Shown here one piece after another: positions 33,445-42,283 of a DNA stretch of 64,000 nucleotides (the first letter of the stretch is position 1; the number at the start of each line of letters is the position of its first letter). The stretch spans positions 40,059 to 104,058 of the IMG/VR virus record IMGVR_UViG_3300020122_000089, one strand, 5' to 3'. The notes below the pieces were generated by a model. That model did no database searches, was not told the origin of the DNA, and saw only the letters and a program-made list of their open reading frames with translations. Origin of the DNA: a virus. Both the position numbers and the translations under genes were made by a program.

Positions 33445-33780
33445 TCACTGACCACTGACGCGTTGTTGCAGCAACACCATTCGCTGATCATGTGCCGCAG
33501 CCAGCTCAATCGCTATTGCCTGTCCTGTTAGCCCAAACGCGGCAGCATCAAGATAGTCATGCGCTCCGGTCGGAATAGTAGCGATGTTGGCCTCAGTCCA
33601 CTGATCCCGCCAGTCTTTAGGCACAGGCACAAAGTCGTTGGACATTTCTTTGTGATCCTGTCCAACAGTGTCAATGTAGAAAATGATCCCTTCATTTACA
33701 GTGCCGTCGATGTCGTAGCGAGGCGCTACGATCTCTCCAGTTGCACTGCCGATACTCGTGAAACATGTGAATTGTCCCAT
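33445..33780 (-). CDS. hypothetical protein
   Basis: 111-aa ORF with AAGGAG Shine-Dalgarno. Confidence 0.6.
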   Translation of the reverse strand: MGQFTCFTSIGSATGEIVAPRYDIDGTVNEGIIFYIDTVGQDHKEMSNDFVPVPKDWRDQWTEANIATIPTGAHDYLDAAAFGLTGQAIAIELAAAHDQRMVLLQQRVSGQ

Positions 33781-33935
33781 TAGTTCTCCTTTAGCTTTTT
33801 GCCCGATGAACCGTCTTACAGTGCATTAGCACTTGAAAGAAGCTGCCAAACCGCAGGCCGTAGAATGAGCACTTTCGCGGGTCTCGGCTCTGCTTCCATG
33901 GCCAATGGTTTGGATTAAACTTCTTGAACACGGTG

Positions 33936-34139
33936 TTACGTACTTGAACCTATCGTCAAATCTGTCTTTGCCGTGATGCGTCCGATGACCGTCAGAATCG
34001 CGCCGCAGGCGAGGATCAGATTATCTGCAAGTCCGTCAGCGTCTATGCCGCTGAATACCTTTGGAAACGCCTTAGCTGCGATCATAATCACGACGCCCCA
34101 AAGCGTCTTACTGAGCAGGAAGTTTTTGGTTTGCTCCAT
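33936..34139 (-). CDS. holin-like small membrane protein
   Basis: K..L.SKTLWG...two TM segments...GRITAK pattern seen in small phage holins. Confidence 0.55.
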   Translation of the reverse strand: MEQTKNFLLSKTLWGVVIMIAAKAFPKVFSGIDADGLADNLILACGAILTVIGRITAKTDLTIGSST

Positions 34140-34439
34140 TCTGTCCTCCTAATCGTAATACTCGCGATGTCGCGGCGGCTCGCCCCCTCCAACGACTATC
34201 TAGTGCATAGCCAACACACCAGCCGCGACAGGTGCTACTAGTCCGAACAGCCAAACCGGCGTGATGATTATCGTGACGATCATCGTTGTCCTTAATCGCG
34301 GCAACGCCCGGATTACTCACGCATTAACCGACGTCCGAGGTCTTTCCAGTAGCGTGACAGCCGTGCCGCGAAGATCATGCCCGCCCGCCGCAGGCTTAGA
34401 ATCGCTTATGATCGGGTGAGCAGCGGGACGGGCACACTG

Positions 34440-34739
34440 TTAAGCATTCTCCGCCAACGTAATCGACACGCTCGCAGCCGCGCCGCTGATAACCTCAACG
34501 TCGGCGGTACCGGTAAGCGGCGGTGTCACATCGTTATCGGCAAACTGCACCTGAGCGGTCCCAAGCGGACCGACCGGCGCAATGACCGCACTCATTCCGT
34601 TAGCGGAAGGCGTGACAGTAAGGATCTTCGGATCGCTCGATCCCCAAGTCGCCGCCTTCACGGTGGTTGGATTCCCCTTGCTGTCCTTTGCTGACAACGT
34701 CGCTGTCGCCGTCTTATCATCGTGTAGCTGAAATGCCAT
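34440..34739 (-). CDS. Ig-like domain protein (ORF may start further upstream)
   Basis: DSKGN...TWGSSDPKILTV...GTAQV Ig-like pattern; AGGAG Shine-Dalgarno before ATG 34739. Confidence 0.6.
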   Translation of the reverse strand: MAFQLHDDKTATATLSAKDSKGNPTTVKAATWGSSDPKILTVTPSANGMSAVIAPVGPLGTAQVQFADNDVTPPLTGTADVEVISGAAASVSITLAENA

Positions 34740-35411
34740 GATCTCTCCTCTGATCGTCACGCCATCAAGCGTGAGAGTTGAAATGAAAATGCGCGGCTGT
34801 TGGTCGCTTCCCCGAACAAGCACAAGCAGTTCGTCTATCTTGCGCTCGATTCGCCTGAGACGGTGCCCGTCTTCCATCGTTGCGGCCCCCCCCCGCATTG
34901 TATCAAGGTTTTGCGTGTCTGGCTACCGCAAAAGCGTGATCATCTTGCTAAGCTGCAATAAGAAGGCCAACAGTCCCATCGCGTAAGCAATTCGACCGAT
35001 CTCCGCAAACTTCGGATTTGTGCTCAAGGCATAAACCAAGAGCCCGATCACCGATACTAGCAGTGCTAGGTAAATCTCCATTACTCTGCCTCCGCTTTAC
35101 TCGGTCCACAAAATCTCGCCCGACTCAATCCCGTATCCAAGAACGACGCTGAAACTTTAGCCCCTGGACTGAGTCGGGCAAAGTGTTACGGCACGACCTT
35201 GTCAGTGACCATCTTCTCCATTGCTTCGGTCACTTCCTGCAAGGTGTCGCGAAAAGGAACGTAGGCTGCTTTCAGTTTTGCGTCGAGGTCTTTACATTGG
35301 CCGAGTAGGTCGTGCCTCTCAACCTGTGCGCCCGCATGTACGGCCGCCTTAAACATTCCTTCCAGCACAAAGTTCTTGATAATGATGTCGTCAACTATCC
35401 CCGGCAAATCT

Positions 35412-35885
35412 CTACCTCCGCTTTTTACTATCGTCTATCCGACTGACATTGCCCTCGGTATCAACAAGCCAACCATACGCAGCCATGTTGTTGCGCAGCT
35501 TTTCATTCCAAGTTTTCAAATAGGTTAGCTCACTGTTGATTCGTTTGTTGTCTTCTAGGAGCGTACTGACCGCTTGGCTTGTATCGCGCTCCGTGCCGCG
35601 TGTCCACCAAACAATGTTGAAAGCGAGCGGCGTAAAAGCAATAAGTAGTGCCGCGATGATCGTGTTTCGTTGGGTCTTTCCGTTGCCGTTCGGAGTTGCC
35701 TCCTTCTTGATGAGCATCGTTACGCCAAGCATCAGTGCGTGTGTGGCCTCGCGCATCTCCGCTTCTTCGGCTTTCGTCATTGATTGCTCGTAGCTTACGT
35801 CACTATCCAGTACCGGCTTGAGTTTTCCTGTATTGACCTTCGGCTGCGGGAATCCAAATACTTCACCTGTCGCAGCGTTTCCCAT
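35412..35885 (-). CDS. membrane protein with coiled coil
   Basis: One TM segment followed by heptad repeats. Confidence 0.55.
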   Translation of the reverse strand: MGNAATGEVFGFPQPKVNTGKLKPVLDSDVSYEQSMTKAEEAEMREATHALMLGVTMLIKKEATPNGNGKTQRNTIIAALLIAFTPLAFNIVWWTRGTERDTSQAVSTLLEDNKRINSELTYLKTWNEKLRNNMAAYGWLVDTEGNVSRIDDSKKRR

Positions 35886-35958
35886 AAATCTCTCCCCAAC
35901 CCAGAGGGAACATCGGTCTCACTTCCCCGGCGCAAGAGTTCGGCCTGTAGGTCTATGC

Positions 35959-36735
35959 CTACTTAGAAAGTGGCCCACACACTATGGTCTGTGAGCTTCC
36001 ACTTACCTCGCTGGCAGTGTTCTCAAACTTGATCTTGATGTTGTGCGGCGCGCTGTTTCGGAATTGTGGCTCAAGTGGAATCGAGAATCCGTGGTCGCCG
36101 TTGTCGGGAAAGTTCCAGCTTTGAAACCAGTCGGCCACGTCCTGTCTATGCAGTCGTGCAACGACGGTATCAACTAGAACGTCATCGTAGTACACGCCTA
36201 CGGTAATTGGAATCGACGGACGACTCATATCAGCAGCCCATCCACGGAATGCTTGGCACTCAATCTTATCGACATTGCCAGCGTAAACTGGCGCGGCAGG
36301 TGGCGGGCTGCAATCTACGGTCTGTCCACCAAAGATGATCATCGACCCGTGTGCGATGACCACTGATATCATCGCGAAGCCATGATCTACCGAGATCCGT
36401 GTGTCGCCCTCAACCGAATGAAAGAACAAAACTAAGGGCTCTACTGACTCAACCGTTGCTTTCCCGCTGACTTCTGTATGACCTACTGCGTCAATAACAA
36501 AGTCACCGGCACTGTCAAAGCGAGCGGAGTTGTGAGCGGAGTCAGTCACACAAACGAAGCCCGACTGTTGCGCGAATTTGAACGGAGAAGCGTCGCGAGG
36601 AAGTATAAGGCCAAGACGAGTCCAGTCCGTGTCTACCCAATCCGTCGTTGGCGGATGTTGTGTAGGGCTCTGCGCGAGGGCCATCGAAGCCCACAGCGCG
36701 AGAATCGGTAACGCAAAGCCGATTGATCTTTTCAT
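35959..36735 (-). CDS. secreted protein
   Basis: Signal peptide ending ALA-Q; C-terminal G.VD...GWA.D...R.DV...HGF beta domain. Confidence 0.65.
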   Translation of the reverse strand: MKRSIGFALPILALWASMALAQSPTQHPPTTDWVDTDWTRLGLILPRDASPFKFAQQSGFVCVTDSAHNSARFDSAGDFVIDAVGHTEVSGKATVESVEPLVLFFHSVEGDTRISVDHGFAMISVVIAHGSMIIFGGQTVDCSPPPAAPVYAGNVDKIECQAFRGWAADMSRPSIPITVGVYYDDVLVDTVVARLHRQDVADWFQSWNFPDNGDHGFSIPLEPQFRNSAPHNIKIKFENTASEVSGSSQTIVCGPLSK

Positions 36736-37011
36736 TTGGTCTCCTTCTTCCTTTTACGTTCTTCCTCAACGGTCTCGATTGAATTAAATACATCGCAGTA
36801 TCCGGAGAGAAGATGATGCTTGAGACCGATTCCATCAAAGTCGGGCTCACTACAAAACGGACAGGTATAGACGCTGAAATCGCTCATTGTGGTACTTTCA
36901 TCGTTGGATCGATCTTAATCATATTGGCATACACCGCCGCAATCTCAGCTAGTTGCTCATTGCTCTGAGCTGCTGCGAGTTGCCGTAGAAGAGCTCGAAG
37001 TGTCCAGTGCA

Positions 37012-37449
37012 TTAGTGCCCTTTCGCAAGTGAGATTAAGAACATAATTATCGCTGCCAGTATAGCACCGGCAATCGCTCCAAGCACGGTATCACGACCCT
37101 TGTTTTGACTACGTGACTCACGCAGCCCCTGTAACTCCTTCTTGATATCCTCGAACTTCTCATCGGTTCGCTGAAACTGAGCCTGCGCTTCCGTGCGCGG
37201 AATCATCTGCTTGTACTGGTCGTCCATCTTGCGGGTGAGGTCGTTGTGTGTTGCATTGTACTGTTTCTGTCCCTCTTCCTGCTTGATGATCGCTTCTTTG
37301 CTTGACGCAAATGCCGCCTCTACCGCTCGCTGTCTTGATTCGTCGCGTTCTTTGTAGCGATCGTGGCGCTCGTTGACCAACTCTTTCAGCGCTTCAAGTT
37401 TGATGTCCAACTCGCGAGGACTGGAAACATGATCTGTTGAGTTGGGCAT
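37012..37449 (-). CDS. coiled-coil protein with C-terminal TM helix
   Basis: Heptads plus hydrophobic tail; possible lysis-cassette member (inference). Confidence 0.6.
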   Translation of the reverse strand: MPNSTDHVSSPRELDIKLEALKELVNERHDRYKERDESRQRAVEAAFASSKEAIIKQEEGQKQYNATHNDLTRKMDDQYKQMIPRTEAQAQFQRTDEKFEDIKKELQGLRESRSQNKGRDTVLGAIAGAILAAIIMFLISLAKGH

Positions 37450-37612
37450 TCCGTAACGCTACCTCACAACTGCTAGTCCGCGCATCGGGCACCTGCACGG
37501 CCGCTCATAGCGATTGTCATTCTTGCACGAGCCGCCGCTGTCGGTGTGGTCTTCATGATTGCCGACCCTACAAGCTGAGCATAGTTGATTCGGGTCGACC
37601 TGGCGCTTTGGT

Positions 37613-37876
37613 TCAGGCTCGCTCATAGGTCAGCTCGAAGATATCAGGCTTGCAAGGATAGAACTCGCCTTTAACACCTTTGATAATCCAGTCGCCGGGA
37701 GAGGCAACCATTAGACCTTCACTGGTGCCTATGTCCACGTACCGACCTTTCACCCAACCTGCCGCTGCGTCTTTTGTTTGCATTAAGAACGCCTGTACCT
37801 CGCGGGCATTCTCTCCTGTCCATCGAATCGCCTCAATCACTACGGGCTTCTTTCTAAACCTCTCAGGCTCGCTCAT
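37613..37876 (-). CDS. conserved phage protein (RKKPVVIEA...GDWIIKGVKGEFYPCKPDIF family)
   Basis: Well-known phage motif. Confidence 0.8.
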   Translation of the reverse strand: MSEPERFRKKPVVIEAIRWTGENAREVQAFLMQTKDAAAGWVKGRYVDIGTSEGLMVASPGDWIIKGVKGEFYPCKPDIFELTYERA

Positions 37877-39356
37877 CTTCCCTCCACCCACACCGTTCCA
37901 ACAAACGCGAGCATGGTGAAAGCGCCCAGAACAACCGCCAGCACGATGAGGGCGATCGCAGCTTTTCGCCCTCGTTCATCGCTCATTTTGAACCCATCAC
38001 GAGATATTTCTTGATGCCAGGATGTACTACCGATGCCGCTGAGCGCGTCTCTATGGCGGTCACGTCCTCTGCTGTATCGACGCAGATTTTTATGACTATA
38101 ACACCGCCAAACAGAACCCGTAACCGATCTTTCCAATCAAGTACAACATCGACCTCTGTTGAGACGCCGTAAGATAACTGCTTGTTCTTCCATGGCCAAT
38201 CAGGATAGCCAGAAAAGATCGTGAAGCGGATCAGGCGATTAAGCCAGCTTCGTTGCTTTAGAGGCGCGGTCATGTTTATTGATTCCATATCATTCTCCCC
38301 CTCTCCGTTCATTCTTCACCCGCCACGTTAACACGAACAGGATGGCAAGTACTAGAATTAAGAAGGCGACTAATGCAGCCAATTCTATCCTCGCTCCAGC
38401 TGAGCACGGAATGCGTCAAGCGCTTGAAGAAACGATCTATGAAAGCGAATCTCTGGAGATTCGTAAGAGGGTAACATGTCGTCCATCCGATACGCGCCTA
38501 TCGTTTCATAGATCGTACCTAGTCGCGAATAAATATCCCGACCAATGCTGTCTAATCCATCCGGTATCGGTGCTGCCATTTTCAATTACCTCCGCTTCAA
38601 TACTTTTAGATCGTACAAGTCAATCTCATCACAGAAGCTACATGTCCCATCAAGATGGATGACTGCCCTTTTCTCGCTGTTGATATAGTCTATCACACCG
38701 CGCCTGCCGTCCGGTAACAGCACCCGCTGTCCTTCGTGCCAGCCACGATGACAGGCGGAGAAGAGGCAGATAAGGATGAGTAATGTGAGTTTCATACGGT
38801 TATGAAACTTTCCCTTGCCATGTCTAATGCTTCCTCCCAGGAAAAGCCCATAAAGCCCTGATAGGGGCCCGGTATCTTAGGGCATGCACCGACATAATAG
38901 CGTACACGCTTGCCGTGATCGTCGGACTCGGTGAAAGAATCCTCGCCGAAGAGCTTGATTGTTTCGACTTCCGCTTCTTCCGGTGTCATCATCATTCTAT
39001 CCTCGTTTCGGAATCTCCAACTCTTCCAGCCTCACTAGGTAGAACTCGCCGCCCTGTTCGCAGTGGTAGATCAGTGCCCCGTTATGGGTACGTTGTAATC
39101 GAAGCGTCAGATGTCGATGGTTGCCCTGATCGTCTTCGTTCTCGCTCTCATCTTCAAGCGGCTCGCTCATTTGGTAGCCTCTCTAAGCTCTCTAAGCACG
39201 CTTCGGCAAGCAGTATGCACTCAGCCTGCTCATAGCTCTTCGCCTGCTGCCAGACTCGCGTGTCTTGTTCACCCGACCACGCGTCGGCATTTCTGGCAAG
39301 CTGCATGTGATGCCAGATTTGTTGGGCGAGGGAGGCGACGATATCGTTGCGGGGCA

Positions 39357-40400
39357 TCACTTCACCAGCCCTCGATTGTGAAAAATCCCAAACAGCCCGT
39401 AGCCAATTGGCCCGAGCTTGAACCATCGAATGATCTTTCGCTTCTCAGGGTATTTGTACTGCAAGTAATCTGTAGTTCCAATCAGCGCAAAGCTGATCGT
39501 AGTCCTCGCGTTTGTCGATGGAATAGGGATTGTTTCGTAGCATGTTGGGCAATGTTTCAACGCATATGTCGTTGAGAGTCTATCCCCTATCGCGGCTGCG
39601 GCCCAGGCTGCGTCGAAGGTGAAGTCGAGTGGCGTGTACCAGCGTTCTTTTCCTGTTGCGCCAGTTGATAACCACAGCCTTGGCATTGAAAAGCGAGGCG
39701 GACGTATAGCGATCGACTGTTCACCCTCCCGAGAGCTTACTGAGAAGTCGTGTCCATTGGAGCAGGTGAACGTGCAAGTTGTCCAATTCGGATCGCTGTG
39801 ATGATATACGCCCTTTTCATCGTAGTAGTCGTAAGTCGCCATCAATGTACAGGTGCATCCGAGTCCGCTTGGATAAACCTTGCTCTCTTTTCCCTGCTTG
39901 ACACAAACCGGACAGCGATGATCCCAACCTATTTGAGTGGCAGCTACTGTTAGCTTGCTTCCTGACGTAGTAGCACCCAAACAGCAGTCGTTAAATTCTT
40001 TTGTGCCCGACAGCCCGCCACGGCCGCAAATCATCGGCGATGTCAGAGTCTTGCTTGGTGTAGACTCTTGCCCGTAGGCGAGAAGGGGAAGGGCGAGAAG
40101 TAGCAACAGGGTAGGTAGAGCCTTTGACCTTAGAATACGGTCAATCTCTGCGGCGATTAGCGCTCCCGCTATAACAAGAGACCGCACAGCGTCATCACCG
40201 TGTTTGGCAATCAATCCCCGGGCATCACCCTCCGCGTCGCCATCATATTCGGCGCGGCAATTTGGTGTACCCCGCCCGAGTGGATCACAAACGGTGGCAT
40301 CGGTCCCGTGGACAGCAAGCGCAGCCTCAATATCGGCCCAATCTAGCGGCTTGGAAAGCTCAGTTCCCATTGGCGACAGTTCGATTGAATGTCCGCTCAT
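39357..40400 (-). CDS. mosaic hypothetical protein with an internal signal-peptide-like segment
   Basis: LVIAGALIAAEIDR domain, then LLLLLALPLLAYGQ, Cys-rich modules and a membrane C-terminus. Confidence 0.55.
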   Translation of the reverse strand: MSGHSIELSPMGTELSKPLDWADIEAALAVHGTDATVCDPLGRGTPNCRAEYDGDAEGDARGLIAKHGDDAVRSLVIAGALIAAEIDRILRSKALPTLLLLLALPLLAYGQESTPSKTLTSPMICGRGGLSGTKEFNDCCLGATTSGSKLTVAATQIGWDHRCPVCVKQGKESKVYPSGLGCTCTLMATYDYYDEKGVYHHSDPNWTTCTFTCSNGHDFSVSSREGEQSIAIRPPRFSMPRLWLSTGATGKERWYTPLDFTFDAAWAAAAIGDRLSTTYALKHCPTCYETIPIPSTNARTTISFALIGTTDYLQYKYPEKRKIIRWFKLGPIGYGLFGIFHNRGLVK

Positions 40401-41605
40401 TTGCCAACCTCCCCGCGCGAGAGGCAGTAGGCGGTAAGAATCTGCGCGATTGCCGGATCAAACATCGCAATAAGCATTTCTCGACTTTTTCCCGGCAAGA
40501 GTCCGTTGACGTTGAGCACTTCCGCACATTTCTCAGCCGATAGATTCGCGGGGTCTACGGCTGTCGGCGATTGAGCAAGGACTCTCCTGACGTGGTCCTT
40601 CGCGGCATCTACGGCGATCATTCGATGAGTATAGGGCGGTATCTCGAATCCACCTTCATCAAGGGCGTTGGTTATGTCGCTCACAACGCCAGCGGCGGCT
40701 ATCGACGGTTGGGCGCGGCGTTCACCCGCAGCATACGCCTCAAGCATGTGTCGATAATCATGATCGCTGTCGATTCTGTGAATCTCGGCATATTCGGCGA
40801 ACCACCTGTTGAATTGGATTACCACCCGGGCGGTTTCTGGCAACTCAGGCTTTGCATCTTCGGCGGCTTGCCCGCCCTGAATATCGAAATGCTTACGTAC
40901 TTCGTTCGCGACCTCGGCCACAAGATTAGCAGTTCGGGTATAGCAACAGGCAATAGCCGGATCGTTAATCGCCCTCACCTGCCAAGGCCCAACGGGATCG
41001 GTTGGCGGCGCTGAACCTATCAGGGCTCCGACATGCTGTGAACACGAATAGGTAACGCCCATATCGGGTCGGCGCTCGCCTTCGTCGAATATCTCAAAAT
41101 CGGCTTGAGCAGTGCAGGCTTGCTCGCTGGCTGCTTGAGTAGGGGCCAACGGCTCAACGATAGGATTTTCCCACTCCCAAGTTCGGCCCGAGCCGTCAGG
41201 ACATAGTGCCGCTTTGTTATCGTGACGACCGTGAACTTGACCACAGTGAGTGCACGTTACCTCTCGCTCGATTTGCGGATCTGAGATTGGCGCTGAGATA
41301 GACTTTGGCTCACGGCTCTGTTTATGCCAAGGATCGGAACAGTTAAACGACCTCGGAGGATATCCGTGACAGGTAGGGCACCACTTAGTAGGTTGCTCTA
41401 CGGCTTGTTGCGTTGTAGCCAGAGCTACACGAAGAACTTCTTCAACATAAGAACAGGTTGGGGCTTCCCCGTTTCCGCCAATCGAACTGCGCAGTTCATG
41501 TCGTACGTCTTCGATGCTGTGACCGGCTTTAAGCATCTCCAGTGCGGCGCTGAGAAAATGCATCTGTGGTTCTTGCTTCTGAATTTCCGATGCGGTAGGA
41601 TTCAT
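40397..41605 (-). CDS. mosaic hypothetical protein with CxxC motifs
   Basis: 402-aa ORF. Confidence 0.6.
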   Translation of the reverse strand: MNPTASEIQKQEPQMHFLSAALEMLKAGHSIEDVRHELRSSIGGNGEAPTCSYVEEVLRVALATTQQAVEQPTKWCPTCHGYPPRSFNCSDPWHKQSREPKSISAPISDPQIEREVTCTHCGQVHGRHDNKAALCPDGSGRTWEWENPIVEPLAPTQAASEQACTAQADFEIFDEGERRPDMGVTYSCSQHVGALIGSAPPTDPVGPWQVRAINDPAIACCYTRTANLVAEVANEVRKHFDIQGGQAAEDAKPELPETARVVIQFNRWFAEYAEIHRIDSDHDYRHMLEAYAAGERRAQPSIAAAGVVSDITNALDEGGFEIPPYTHRMIAVDAAKDHVRRVLAQSPTAVDPANLSAEKCAEVLNVNGLLPGKSREMLIAMFDPAIAQILTAYCLSRGEVGK

Positions 41606-41730
41606 TTGCTCACCATCCTTCTTTCATGAGACTTTGGTGGGTTTCAGCAGGGGCGGCTAGTTTCGACCGGTCGCCTTGTGCTGTCTCTGGGCTCATTGTA
41701 ACACCTCGCTCCCGCATTGCAAGCTGAATC

Positions 41731-41943
41731 CTACGGCAATATCTCATTGCAGTTCGAAATCGTGATACACCCGCTTGAATCAGCGTACAGGCTGATGTAG
41801 ACGGTTTGGCCTGCCGAGTTTGTGTAGGACGTTACAACATGTTCATTTGGCTGATAGCTGCAGTCCGAACAGGTTGAGCTATCACACGCACCGATGAACA
41901 GAATTGAGAGAGCGAGTACGAGAATTAAGATTGATCGTTTCAT
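41731..41943 (-). CDS. small Cys-rich lipoprotein
   Basis: MKRSILILVLALSILFIGA-C. Confidence 0.6.
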   Translation of the reverse strand: MKRSILILVLALSILFIGACDSSTCSDCSYQPNEHVVTSYTNSAGQTVYISLYADSSGCITISNCNEILP

Positions 41944-42275
41944 TAGTGCCTCCAATTCTTGAACGCTACTCCAATATGAACCCCGCCAACAACGTAACGT
42001 AGGATGTTCATTGCTCGCGGATGATTCTTCTGAAAGAACAGCGTCGTGCCGTAGCCCGCTGCGTTTAATCCGAAGTACAAACCACCATTGACCTGTCCGT
42101 TACTGCGGATGAATGGGTTGCCCTCCGTTCGCTTATAGCTTGAAGCGTAGTCAGCGGACACGCTGCCCCAAAACACAACGCTTGACGATTTGAAATTCCA
42201 GTCCCAAGTTGACTTGACGGGCTGTTGAGCAAAACAGGAACAGCAAAGTACGAGAATTACTAGCATCGTCTTCAT
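41943..42275 (-). CDS. secreted/membrane protein
   Basis: Signal peptide ending CFA-QQ; EGNP motif. Confidence 0.6.
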   Translation of the reverse strand: MKTMLVILVLCCSCFAQQPVKSTWDWNFKSSSVVFWGSVSADYASSYKRTEGNPFIRSNGQVNGGLYFGLNAAGYGTTLFFQKNHPRAMNILRYVVGGVHIGVAFKNWRH

Positions 42276-42283
42276 AAAAATCC

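Noticed and set aside
33936-37449. Complete lysis cassette
   Set aside because: Holin-like membrane proteins are present but no endolysin catalytic motif was recognised in the window
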